From contig CDRNVU010000045.1 in the NCBI GenBank assembly GCA_977017645.1, positions 2,480,001 through 2,544,000 on the forward strand: a stretch of 64,000 nt of DNA. Reading direction: 5' to 3'. The stretch is from Torpedo marmorata (lineage: Eukaryota). The stretch's first letter is position 1. The number at the start of each line of letters is the position of its first letter. The position numbers and the translations under genes are program-made. The notes under the pieces are model-generated. The model was not told where the DNA came from. It made no database searches and worked only from the letters and a program-made list of their open reading frames with translations. Below, one piece after another: positions 23,195-36,192 of this stretch.

Positions 23195-26100
23195 TAAACC
23201 TCAAGAAAATTATCAGGTAAGATTACCAAGACAAAGTGAATTGGAGCTACTATTTACTAATGTGGGTATAAATAAATTTATTTCTCAAATGTATAGACTG
23301 TTACAGAAAAAAAATTCCTAAACCAGGAATTCATAAATCAAGATTAAAATGGGAATCACATTTTAATGTAATAATAGTTGAGGACATAGGAAAGAAATAT
23401 GAAAACAAAGAATGACTAAAATTATTACAGGTTAGCGCAATATAATATTTTTCAACAATTATATTTAACGTCTAAGAAACTAAAGAAATTTAATTCGAGA
23501 TTATCAGATTTATGTTTTAGATGTAATAGAGATACATGCTTTTTGGTTGAAAGTTAAAAGGTTTTTGGACAAAGTATTAAGAATTACACTCCCAATGAAT
23601 CCTATGATATTTCTGTTTGGAGATATTAAAATAATTAGTATTAAAATGAGATTAAATATGTAAATACTCAGTGGGCGGCGCGTCGGAGCACGTAGCGGCC
23701 CCTCCAGGATCAGCAGTTTTAGTTTTAAAGTATAGCGTTAAATAGGGTGTTTTTAATTTAATTTAATTCAAAAAACGTGTTGGAACATGGTTAGCCGACG
23801 TAACTACAATTTTCAGTTTTTAAAATTGCTCAGCGAATCCCTGCCGCCCGGCTCTCACGTCCATCCTGCTCACCAACCTCTGCTCTGGAGAATACAATGG
23901 ACCACATCCGACTCCAGAGGTCCGCGCAGCGTGAGTACAGGGACTGCTGTGTGTTGGTCTTTGTTGAAACGTGGCTCAGCGACAGAGTCCCGGACGCCGC
24001 CATTCAGCTGGATGGACTCACTTTATTTAGGGCTGACAGAGATGCTGCTCTCTGTGGAAAAGTCCGTGGCGGTGGCTTGTGTGTTTACATCAACACAGAA
24101 TGGTGTAAGGACTCTGTACTTGTCTCCAGTCACTGCTCAGCACTGGTGGAATTTGTGACTGTGATGTAGACCATTTTACCTACCGCGGGAATTTACCACA
24201 GTCCTCATAGTTGGAGTGTACATCCCCCCCCAGCGCTAATGCCAAGGAGGCGATCTGGGAACCGAGTGGGGCTATAGGCGAAGTGAAGACCGCACACCCT
24301 GGTGGATTGCTGATTATCTCTGGCGACTTAAACCAGGCGAACCTCAAGTCAGGGCTACCAAAATTACATCAGTGTGTGGGCTTTGCTACGAGAGGGGCGA
24401 ACGCGTTGGATCTTTTGTTCACGAACATTTCCGGCGCGTATCGGGCGGAGCCCCACTCCCACCTCGGATACTCAGACCATATCCCAGTAATGCTAACCCC
24501 AGCATACACACCGCTCGCCAGACGCTCCAGACCAGTTGGGTAGAAGGTTTAAGCCTGGCCAGCAGATTCCATCCATGCACTTCAGGACTTCTTTGAGCGT
24601 ACTGATTGGCACACGTTCAGGGAAGCAGAAACCGATGGTGACTGCATCAATCTGGAGGTGTAAACGGCATCAGTGACTAGTTACATTAGTAAGTGTACTG
24701 ACGAAGTCACTGTGCCCAAGACCATCATTCCCCGCTCTAATCAGAAGCCATGGATGACTGCGGAGGTGCGTGTGCTGCTGAGGAGCCGAAACTCTGCTTT
24801 CAGTGCGGGCGTCAAGGTAACCCTAGCTATCGCAAGAGCCAAGCTGTCTAAGGCCATCAGGGAGGCAAAGCGTGCACATGCCCAATGAATTCAGAGCCAC
24901 TTTCAGGACAGCAAGGACACGCGATGCATGTGGAAGGGCATTCAAGATATCACTCACCACAAGACTTTAACATCTGACTGTGCTGGTGATGCCTCCCTCC
25001 CAGATGCACTGAACAACTTCAACGCGCGTTTTGAGGCAGAATAGGATGTAGTGGCAAAGAATACAACCCCTTCTCCAATTGATCAGGTGCTGTGTTTCAC
25101 AGTGGCCGACGTGAGGAGAGTGTTAACCCACGGAAAGCTGATGCGCCAGATAACATTCCCGGCAGACCGCTCAGGGGATGTGCGTCCGAGCTGGCTGATG
25201 TTCCCACCGACATCTTTAACATCTCCCTGACCAGTGCCGTGGTTCCAACGTGCTTCAAAGCCGCTACCATCATCCCAGTGCCGAAGAGGTCGACGGTGTC
25301 CTGCCTCAATGACTATCGCCCTGTCGCACTCACATCTACCGTCATGAAGTGCTTCGAGAGGCTCGTCATGAGGCACATCAAGCTTCTGCTGCCCCCCTCA
25401 CTGGACCCCCTGCAGTTCGCATATAGATAAAACCGCTCCACAGACGATGCCATCATTACCACCCTATACATAGCCCTCACCCACCTGGAAAAGAAGGACG
25501 CGTATGGTCGAATGCTGTTTATTGACTTCAGCTCGGCATTCAACTCGATCATACCTCAGTACCTGATAGGGAAGCTGAGGGGGCTGGGCCTAAACTATAC
25601 CCTCTGTAATTGGATTCTAGACTTTCTGACGGAAAGACGTCAGGCAGTCCGGATTGGAAACAGCACTTCTAAGGTCATTACATTGAGCACGGGGGCTCCC
25701 CAGGGCTGTGTGCTTAGTCCTTTGCTGGTCACCCTGCTAACTCATGACTGTGCAGCAAAACACAGTTAGAATCACATCATAAAGTTCGCTGATGATACAA
25801 CCGTGGTGGGCCTTATCAGTAAGAACGATGAGTCAGCACATAGAGATGAGGTGCAGTCGCTAATGGAATGGTGCGGAACCAATAATCTGCAGCTGAGCGT
25901 AAACAAAGAAAACGAGTTGGTTGTCGACTTCAGAACGGCCGGGGGGATCATTCTCCTTTGACCCTGGACGGCTCTACCGTTGAGGTCGTAAAGAGTACCA
26001 GGTTTCTTGGAGTGCACTTGGCGGAGAGTCTCAGCTGGTCCCTCAACACCAGTTCCATAGTCAAGAAAGCCCAGCAGCGTCTTTACTTCCTGCGAAGGCT

Positions 26101-27086
26101 GAGGAAAGCTCATCTCCCACCCCCTATCCTTACTACATTCTACAGCGGATGCATTGAGAGTATTCTGAGCAATTGCATCACCGCTTGGTTTGGTAACTGT
26201 ACCATCTCGGACCGAAGGACCCTGCAGAGGATAGTGAGGTCAGCGGAGAAAATTATTGGAGTCTCTCTCCCCACCATGACAGATAGCTACAACACACGAT
26301 GCATGAGGAATGCTACAAACATTGTGAAGGACTTCTCACACCCCTTTGGTAAACTGTTTTCCCCTTTGACATGTGGAAGGAGGTACCGAAGCACTCGGGC
26401 TCGTACGTCCAGACTGTGCAACAGTTATTTCCCCCAAGCCATCAGGCTCCTCAATTCCTAGTGTATTAGCATGTTATAGTTTTTTTTTTCTTTCTATTTT
26501 ATTATGATATTTATGTACATCTGCCATGGTACTGGAGAAACGCTATCTCGTCTTACTGCGTATATGGTAATGAACGACAAGTAAAGGTGACTTGACTTGA
26601 CCAAATAGAATTTTTGCGAATTGCTTTAGCTGTTTCAAAGAAATGCATTGCTATTACATGAAAATCTGATGTGGATTTAGGATTAGAAAGATGGCATGCA
26701 GAACTTCGTTCATGCATACCACTTGAAAAAATAACTTATAATTTACGTAATAAACATCATTTATTTTTTAAAGTATTGAGCCCATATATAAAAACTGTAG
26801 GTTTAAAGCTTTTAAGATCTCTTTATATCAGGTCTGATTGGCGAACCTGTGTTCCACAATAAAATTAATGTATAGTTGATTTTTCTTTTAGATTGAAATT
26901 CTCCACAATCTATTCTATTATTCTTTACTCTCTTTTTTTATTCGAGTAGTTGGGGGTGTGTTGGGTTAGGGAGGGGGAAGGGAGGGAGGGGAGGGTGAAA
27001 ATATATCACATGTATTTTTATAATTTTGAAGTTTGTAAACATGTACTATCGTGTGATAAAAATTTTAAATAAAATAATAAAAAAAA
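23195..27086 (+). mobile_element. L1-B 3' fragment split by a Rex/Babar insertion (23195-23662 and 26601-27086)
   Basis: TTAAATATGTA at 23662 rejoins CCAAATAGAATT at 26601, as in the other L1-B copies. ORF 26671-26862 and poly(A) at ~27080. Confidence 0.88.
23663..26600 (+). mobile_element. Near-complete Rex1/Babar-clade LINE (APE + RT), decayed
   Basis: VFVETWL...FRADR...[73 protein letters not shown]; (GACTT)n tail at ~26589-26600. Confidence 0.9.
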
Positions 27087-27437
27087 GTAAGAAATCAGGA
27101 GGGCTTAAAGAAGACAGGAAGTTGCTTTGTCAGACAATGTGAAGGAAAGTCCTAATGGTTTATACAGGTATATTAAGAGCAAAATGATAGCAAGGGATAA
27201 AATTTGTCCTCTTGAAGATCAGAGTGGTACGCTTTGTTTGGGGCCAAAAGAGATGGGAGAGATCTTATTTTTTTTCATCAGTATTCACATGGTCGTGGGA
27301 TGTAAGGAAAAAAGCAGTGAGGTCATGGAACCTAGACAGATTAAAGAGGAAGAAGTGCTTGCTGTCTTAAAGCAAATAAGGGTGGATAAATTCCCAGAGC
27401 TTGACAAGATATTCCCTCGGACCTTGAGGGAGGCAAG
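27087..27437 (+). mobile_element. CR1 ORF2 fragment
   Basis: ORF 27127-27459 resembles the CR1 linker (YIKSK...DKI.PL.DQSG...IFPRTLRE). Confidence 0.8.
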
Positions 27438-27779
27438 AATATTTATTTTTTTGTATTAGACAGTTCGTCTGCGCTGCGTTTTTGTTTAAATTTCAATATT
27501 TCAAGTACTACAGTTGCATTGCACGACCGACAAATATAAATTGTGCTTTACCGCAGGAAAAAAAACAACATCTCAGGCTGGTTTGTGATATCATGATTGT
27601 ACTCTGATAATAAATGTGAACTTTCACTTTTTGAATTTTGAACGGTGAAGAATCAATCAGAGGGCTCTTGGTGTCCAGATGCGTTACAGATTGCTATACT
27701 TATGTGGGTTTAAACATATTATATATGAAGTTGGAGAAACATTAATTTAACTTTTATTGAATGCAGTCATGTTTATTCG

Positions 27780-28226
27780 CATAATGATGATGACACATTG
27801 CGTTGGTTCAACTGTCGTAAAAATAGTTTTGCCATTGATATTCGTTTTTACTCATCATCTGATTCCTCTCGTGTCAGCGACGAATAATTGTCGGCCAGTA
27901 TTGACGGATTAGAGTTGCGGAGATACCGCTTTTCCATGGTCGCAATGTCCTGGTGAAAACGTTTACTCTGTTCGTCACTGACTGCACCAAGATCACCAGG
28001 GAGGTAGTCCAAGTACAAATGCAGAAATGAATTTTCAATGACATGCTGCACATCATGGTTTTGTATACTTGAATTAGACTTACAATATGACAGCAAATCA
28101 CAGAAATATGTTAGATATAAAAACGGAACGTGATATGAATGTTTTAGGGTGGTTTCGCGAGCAGCAGGCAAACATCCATACAATATACGACCAGTATTCA
28201 GGAGGCGAAACCTTCGTGTGCAGTTT
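27780..28226 (-). mobile_element. Internally deleted DNA transposon relic, Chapaev (CMC)-like transposase C-terminus
   Basis: MSLKIHF / FLHLYLDYLPGDLGAVSDEQSKRFHQDIATMEKRY...SILAD matches the recalled Chapaev3-type motif LGAVSDE(H/Q)GERFHQDI. The superfamily assignment is from memory. Confidence 0.7.
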
Positions 28227-28419
28227 AATCAGTGTCAGCGTCAACAACCACGGCTAGTGACCTTGACTACGGTTAAAAGCTTAAAGTCTAAATGATAGAT
28301 CATCTGAATAGACGCCGTATTAAGACAGGCTGTTCGCCGATTATGTTAGTGTCAATGACAAAGCTGCAGCACGCAATTCTTTTCACAGAGAGACAGTGTC
28401 AATCTTCATAAATTTTCTT

Positions 28420-29525
28420 CCAGAGAAAGGGAGAACGCTGTCGAGGGAGTGTCTACTGAATCAGTGTGGGTGGAAGTCGGAAATAAGAAAAAAGCAATCA
28501 CTATTTTGGGAGTAGTCTATCTGCCCCCAAATAGCCCTCGGGACACCGAAGATCAGATTTTGGCATGCTGCAGGAAATACACTGATGTTGTCATGAAAGG
28601 TTTAAACTTCCCAAATATTGTCAGGCACCTCCTGACTGCAAAAGGGATAGATGGGGCAGTCTTTGTCAGGTGTATCCAAGAAGGATTGCTGACAGAGTAT
28701 GTGGAACAACCACCAAGAGGAGGGGCCATACGGGATGTCGTAAAGGGTATTGAACCTGGTCAGGTGGCAGACGTCTCGGTGTGGGAGCATTTTGATGATA
28801 GTAACCACAGCTGCTTTAGCTTTAACATAGTTATGAAACAGGAATAAATCAGACAACATGAGAATGTGTTCAATTGGTGAAGAGCTAATTACGATGGAAT
28901 GAGAGTAAATTGGGAACATATGTTAAAGGCAGAAAGCACAAAAGTAATGTGGAGGATTGTTCTGGTTCCATTTGCGCCAGGATCAGGATAGGCTTGTGAA
29001 ACAGGGAAAATATTGTAGAAAAAGAGAATCGTGGTTGGCAAAACACGTGAGGCACACAGTGAAGAGGAATAATGAATGAAGCACACATTATATTTAGGAT
29101 ACAGGGGAAACAGGAAGAGCTCATGAGAAATACATATTAGCTAGGAAGAGAGTCCACATAATAGAGGTCTACAAGATTCTGAGAGACATCAATAATGCGG
29201 TCGGCCAGCGCCTTTTTCCCAGGGCAGGAATAGCAAACACCATCGCATATCTGTACTAAATGAAAAGGGAGGAAAGTTTGGGGGAGACTTCAAAGGTAAG
29301 GTTTTCCACAGAGAATTGTGGGTGCCCGGAATGGCTTGTCAGGTGTTTGGTGAAGGTTGAAACATTGTTGACGTTTAGGAGACTCTTAGACAGACAGATG
29401 GACGAAAGAAAAATCGAGGGTTACGATGTATGAATGGTTTAGTATTTTTGGTAGGAATCTATATGTAGATCTGCACAACATAAAGAGGCGAAGGGCCAGT
29501 ACTCTGATGTAATGTTCTATGCTCT
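28420..29525 (+). mobile_element. Old CR1 with internal deletion (endonuclease part joined to the 3' end)
   Basis: ORF 28449-28847 (ESVWVEV, GVVYLPPN); CR1 3' end with an ATGTTCT-type tail at ~29510. Confidence 0.8.
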
Positions 29526-30466
29526 ATGTTGTTTCTTGACTAATCAGCGCAAAGAGACCGTGGCTGGGAAACTGCCTCAAGGACTGCTTACTGGACAGAA
29601 CTATTACAGTTTGCAGAAGGAGAGACGGAACTACATATTCCTGAAGCCAACCATTTTGTTTTGGACATTTTGTATTTCGCAACTGCCAGCAATAACTGGA
29701 AATAAAACAGGTCTTGTCTGTTTCCAGAAAACCACAACGTAAAAGGCAGAAAAAATTCAAACCGAAGCAACTCTCGGATAACGTTAACATTGGCAATTGG
29801 ACAGGATTTAAAGTGGTGGTGAAATGATCTTACCATATATATTCCTCTCCACGACAAGATGGGGTTGTTTTTGTTTTTGCCAGGACAAAATAGGAAATTG
29901 GCCACTGTCGTCTGCCCACACCATTACTGAATTTCGAGGAATTATAGGCACAATTTCTCATTGCTGCCCGAGATCCAAATAGGGAATCACGGAACAAAGC
30001 GGGAATAGCGGTGTCTCAGCCTCATCCAGCAAAGCGCAAACGCCTCAGCGCCGGGAGGAACAGAACGGAATATTGTCGAGGCATATCACCGACTGTGCAC
30101 TTTGACACATATTATTGTGCCTGACGTATAATAACTACATTAGATTTACATGATAAGATCAGAAATTTAAAAGGTTATAATATGTAAATTTAATACAAGT
30201 TGCAGATAACCCAATTCTTAGCATACATTGAAATTAACAAATATAAATATGTTTCTAAAAATAAATGCAGCATATTTTTGACAATATTCCCTTACTATCA
30301 TGGACAGAGAAAATGCACAGCAACACATTAAAAATCAACGCTGCAGTCAGCATAATATCGATCCGGAGCATCCAATTGTGGACGATACGTTCCTTAAAAT
30401 AATTTCAAATAAATGTCTCCTGAATATGTTTGTGCAACTCAGTAAAGGGATATTCTGGTTTGCATT

Positions 30467-31341
30467 TCATACACAGAGGAGCCCATTTAATGTAAACAGA
30501 TATTTCACGCCACTCTTCAGCTCCTCCCTGAATTTCCGTTGTGTCAGTGCATAGATACACGTGTTGGTGCAGGTACTGAGTACCCGTAACATAAATCCAC
30601 ATTGCTGCAGGATGTATACCGGGGTGCTGAAATATCTGTCCGTGTATGAATAGTTTTCTTTTTGCCATTTGATAGAATGTACAACCTGGGGGATCCATAG
30701 TAAAATGAAATTGGCAGAAAGAGCGAATAACAAAACCATGGACTTTCTCCGTTTCTTCACCTCTGGATCTTTTAGATCCTCGCAACTGCATCGGAGTTGC
30801 CGTCGAACTCTATTAGCCGCGGTAATATATCTGACGGTTAATGCATTAAACAGCATAATTAAACCGATTGGTGATAACGGGGTCATGATAATGCCAAATA
30901 ACTCGTACGATGCCCACGCGGATGACGTCAGGTAATCAGCCGTGGCTGCGCATCGCAGTGGATCCACTGCAAAGTAAAATGGAACAGACAGAGCTCCGCC
31001 CACTGCAGCCACTGTTATGATCACCACGGCTGCCGTTCTCTCGGTGCAGTATTGTTGGCACAGCTTGTGGCAGCAGATGGCGACAAAGCGATCGAAAGTG
31101 AAAGCCACCGTGAACCAAACGGAACAGTGTACGGTTACGAGCTGTAGTACAAATATCACAGCACAAACCGGAAATGTGAACAAGAGTTTGGAGAACAAAT
31201 ATATAAAGTTAATCTGCTGCATTATAACAGCAACGATTACCACCATAAAATCTATTGCCGACATAGCCACTAGGTATCGAGCGATGCATTTGGATAGACC
31301 ACAATTTCCGCGTGACAGGATCACAAGTGTCGTTAAAGTAA
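30467..31341 (-). CDS. Main coding exon (TM1 second half to C-terminus) of a class A GPCR, GPR139/GPR142-like (FMRFamide-receptor-like group expanded in cartilaginous fish)
   Basis: Open frame with VILSRGNCGLSKC, D2.50 (SAIDF), the TM3 Cys, AFTFDRFVAIC, ECL2 Cys, LFNALTVRYI, RRKSMVLLF, FILLWIP, TNTCIY and helix 8 KFREELK; stop TGA at 30467. Phase-1 acceptor TTTCTTTCAG immediately upstream of 31341. Confidence 0.92.
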
Positions 31342-31554
31342 CTGAAAGAAATCACAAAATGAATATTTACTTCAAAATGCGTTCATAATGATGTGTATGA
31401 CATTACGCGCAGGATAAGAATAGTTGTCTTGATACATGGGGTCGCAAGCAGTGTAGCAGCCCAGCTGTTGTACCTGAGATGGTATGTCGGTCACTGATCA
31501 AACTGACATCCTTCCAGCGACCTACAGGTGACACCTCGTCAGTTACACGTTGTG

Positions 31555-33232
31555 AGATCATAGATCATAGAACATAGAACAGCACAGTACAGGCCCTTCG
31601 GCCCTAAATGTTGTGCCCACCCATATATCCCTTAGAAATACTAAACCTACCCTTCCCAGTAACCCTCAAAATTTACTTCATCCATGTGCCTGTCTAAGAG
31701 TCTCCTAAATGCCCCTAATGGTTCAGCCTCCAACACCATCCCAGGGAAGGCATTCCAAGCACCCACAACTCTCTGTGAAAAAACCACCCCTAATGTCACC
31801 CTAACTTCCCTCCCCAAACTTTGTGCATATGTCCTCTGGAGTTTGCCATTCCTGCCCTGGGAAACTGGCGCCAGGTGTCCACCCTATTTATGCCTCTCAT
31901 AATATTGTAGACCCCTATTAAGTTTCCTCTCATCTTTCTGCGCTCCAAAGTGAAAAGTCCCAGCTCTGCTAACCTTGCCTCATAAAACGTTTTCCAAATC
32001 TGGTAACATCCAGTTAAATTTCCTCTGCACCCTCTCCATGGCTTCCATATCCTTCCTAAAACTAGGTGACCAGAATTAAACACAATACTCCAAGTTTGGT
32101 CTCACCCGATATTTGTAGAATTGCAACATTCCCTCTATACTCCTGAACTCAATCCCCTATTAATGAAGCCCAGCATCCCTTAGGCCTTCTTAACTATCCT
32201 ATCAACTTGTGCGGCGACCTTGAGGGATGAATGTATTTGAACCACAAGGTCCCTCTGTTAATCCACATTGCTAATAAACAGACCATTAACCCTGTTCTCA
32301 GCATTATGGTTTGTCCATCCAAAATGTATCACCTCACACTTTTCCGGATTGAACATTCCTGCCCAACTCTCTATCCTGTCTGCTGTATATTCTCTTGTAA
32401 ACTTGGACAACCTTCAGCTCCATCCACAGCTCCTACAACCTTCGTGTAATCCGCAAATTTACTGACCCATCCTCTGCCTATTCACCCAGGTCATTTATGA
32501 AAATCACAAACAGCAGGGGTCCCAGAACAGATCACTGCGGCACTCCACTAGTCACCGAACTCCAGGCAGAATACTTTTCTTCCACTAATACTCTCTGCTT
32601 TCTTCTTGCAAGCCAATTTTTTATGCACACTTCCAGCGTTCCAATGATCCCATGACTCATGACTTTCTGGATGAGTCTATCACAAGAACACAAGATAAAG
32701 GAACTGAAGTAGGCCATTCGGCCCATCGAGCCTTGTACGAAACTCCACCCTGAGCTAGACTGTTCTCACATCTAATTCCAATTTCCAGCATTTTCGCCAT
32801 ATTCCTTGATACCCTGACCAATCACATACCTATCAATTTCCTCCTTAAAATCCCCCAATGATCGGGCCTCCACAGCTGTGTGTGGCAACGAATTCCACAA
32901 ATCCACGACCCTCTGGCTAAAGAAATTCCTCCTCATCTCTGTTCTAAATGTTTACATTCTCATTATAATATTGTGCCCTCTTGCCCTGGAATCATCCACC
33001 AAGGGAAACATCTTATTTCCATATACTCTGTCCAATCCTTTCAGTATTCGTAATATTTCTATGAGATCCCCTCTCATTCTTCTATACTCCAATTTATACA
33101 TTCCAAGAGCTGCTAAACGTTCCTCATTTGTCAGCCCTTGCATTCCAGGAAACATCCTGGTAAATGCTCTTTGTACTCTAACCAACATCATTGCATTCCT
33201 TCTAACATAAGGGGCCCAAAACGGCACACAGT
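31555..33232 (-). mobile_element. Two CR1 3' fragments (31555-32681 and 32682-33232)
   Basis: Tails (AGATCAT/AGAACAT)n and CACAAGAACACAAG; ORFs 31796-32083, 32532-32726 and 32952-33227. Confidence 0.85.
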
Positions 33233-35319
33233 ACGGATTCGAACCATTCTAACGTCGAAGCATCGTAAGTCGGCGACGATCTGCAGACGTATTGCTCATT
33301 ATAATAAGCGTATGGCCCTCTTGGGTCATTATGTTCAGCAGTGAACAGAGAGCAGAATAAATTGAAACCTGGATCCGGACTGTCTTTAGCACAGTCCGTC
33401 TCGTCTTAATGGTTTGGCAAGATCCGGGCTATGGCACTTACAGTGCAGTGGTCTGTATAATCTTTACTGCTCTTTATGAAATGTTCGTGCTTTAAATTAA
33501 CTTAATCGCTCAGACGGTTGTATTACCTGTGAACTCAATTTATTTAACAATGACGTGTGAAATTAACAATTGTATATTATTCATGTATGTGTTACTGTGC
33601 GAAAATGTAAAATTTAAAATAGAATATTCCCAAAAAAACAATGACGTGTGCAAAATATCAGCATTTTTTCCACAGAATTTTCCTCAGGCTGATTTGAAAT
33701 TGGAGACACTGGAGTGTCTTCTCCACGGTTACCAGGATGTGCTGACTGTATTCACGTTCTCTGGTATGTGGATTCTCGGGACCTTAAATGCAATAAATAT
33801 GTCCACCTCTGACCCATTAATGCGGACAGGTACGTTGTCTCTCGGCCTCCCTTTCCTGCCCTATAAACATCCACATTGCGTTGCTTTGACTGCATTACCT
33901 TTTGAGCAATATCGTTGTCCTGGCAAAACCAAAAAGATTCTCCAATTATTATCTATATTTTTACTCTTCACTCATCATTTCCCGTTATTCGTCAAAAAAT
34001 ATTCCACTGTTTATAAACTTTAGAGGCGAATTCGAATGGGAAGAAGGGTGTTTGACATGTGTCTGGACCGTATGGTTAAACAGAATTCAAAGAGATACTT
34101 CAAATATATTAAATTAAAATGATTAACTTGGGAAAGAATGTGTCACCGAAACTGTCAAATCGGGCTCCTTTTTGTGGATCCACAGGGGATGAGTGAACTA
34201 TTTAAAATGCATTTATTCACTATATTTGTCATCAAGCAAGACCTGGACGCCTGGTAACTATAAAAATGTGCTATAAAAACTACGTTCCAGAAGCCAAGAT
34301 GTGGAGCTCTTGACGGTAGATAAGTCTCTGCGGCGAGATCGCGAAAAAATTGCAAGTACCTTGGCAGAGAAATGTGCATCACCATTGATCATTCGTTTGT
34401 CATTCATTTTACATTTATTATCACCTGTTCTGTTTTGGCATTTTGTGGTAATTTAATTGATAACATTGCCGTCGTTCCACCTAACGTACCTGTGTTCCTG
34501 CAGCAATTAAGGATGTCTGTGTTTTTGCACGATGTATTTACGTATGTGATAAAAAAAACGCTCACTTCTTCTCCTTCTGTAAATTATAATTGAAATATCA
34601 GTAGCCAATCTTTTCATTTCCTCACATATTTTCCAAACTGATATGTCTGTCCTTGCCCTTGCCGATTTGAAAGGTGAGGCCATGCGCATATCTGAGCAAG
34701 AAAAGTTCATTTTTTCTCAAGGGATGCCTTAAGTATAACTGTTTGAGCGTCTATTTGTTTCAATGTTAGATAAACCACAGCTTCCTGGTTACACTGCTTC
34801 GGCTTTCATTGCTACATATGTTGTCACTTACCTTTCTCATCGTCACATCCAGAGCTCTCTCGCTCTAACTGTTCCCACTCCTCGCCAAATCTGTCAAAAT
34901 ATCTGTCCCCTCTTGGCCTCTCCACGATTTCCTCACGTTCCTAATACCACCCCGTTTTAATGTAGACGTGGCCCGATCCATTGACTGACCATTTATTCCA
35001 AGGGATGTGGCCTGAGATGCCAAACACTTCCCGAATTCCATATTAGCTGGATTCCAGGATCGGCAGTATTTATGTTTCTCTGTTTCCTCTAATGCGTGAA
35101 TATAATCAACTTCGTTAGTTTATAAGTTAGCTGATAAAGTCACAATTGGTGACATAATGGACAACGAAGAATTTAGCTGGATTACAATTGTACCTAAAAG
35201 CCCAGGCAACGACCGTCAATGAATGGCAGGTTAAATGTCACTCAGACAAGTGCATGGTGTTTCACATTTGCAGGTTACAACTGGGAATAACACGGGCAAA
35301 AGGTAGACACTCCCGAGTA

Positions 35320-36192
35320 ATCATGTGAGAAGATTTTTAGATTGGTTAATACCTCTTCAATATGTGCTCGTCAACATTTGATTCAGTGTAAATTGGCAAA
35401 TCGGGCTCATATGTCGAAAGACAAATTGGCCCGTATCTTTTCTAACGTTACTCCTATTTGTGATAGATGTAAATCAGAAATGGCTTCTCTAACTCATATG
35501 TTTTGGTCATGCCCTATGTTGGAGAGTTATTGGATAGAAAATTGTAAGAGTTTTTCAGCGAAACTGGCTATTAGTTTGCAACCTAACCCATTGACTTCTC
35601 TTTCTGGAATTATTGTACCAGAAGAGGGACGAGTTCCCACTTCTACACATCGGATTGCAGCCTTTTCTATATTGTTGGCGAAAATAGCTATTTTATTTAA
35701 ATGGAAAGATTCTAATCCACCTACTATGGCTCAATGGTTCTCTCAAATTATGTCATGTTTAAGGTTAGAGAAAATTAGTAGTCGTACATTTAATACTTCT
35801 GTTAAATTTGAAGAGACTTGGCGACATTTTATAAATTATTTCCACATGACTTAGTTAGTATAATTATTTTCCCTTTCGGACTACATTTAATTTTATTTAT
35901 TTTCTCTTTGTTGGTGAAGACCAGGCGATTATTTATTTTATTAATAAATTCTCAGGATAGGCTGCCCATTCTTTTTTATTTCTTAGATTAGGTGTGGGTT
36001 TTATATAATATATTTTTTAAGATTTCAGTTTGAGGAGATGAGAACATATTCGTTAATTGTGGTGTAATGCAATATGTTATATCATATGATGTTATATAGT
36101 GACAACTGTTTCCTTCTTGATTATGTACTGTTATTCTCCTCATGTATTGTTTACCTATAATATGATTAATAAAAACATTGAAAAAGATAGAA
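35320..36192 (+). mobile_element. 5'-truncated L1 3' end with 15-bp TSD, inserted in an old CR1 relic (~35120-36800)
   Basis: ORF 35342-35854 (CDRC...HMFWSCP). TSD AGACACTC(C/A)CGAGTA at 35305-35319 and 36193-36207; the flanks read as CR1 RT C-terminus. Confidence 0.88.
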
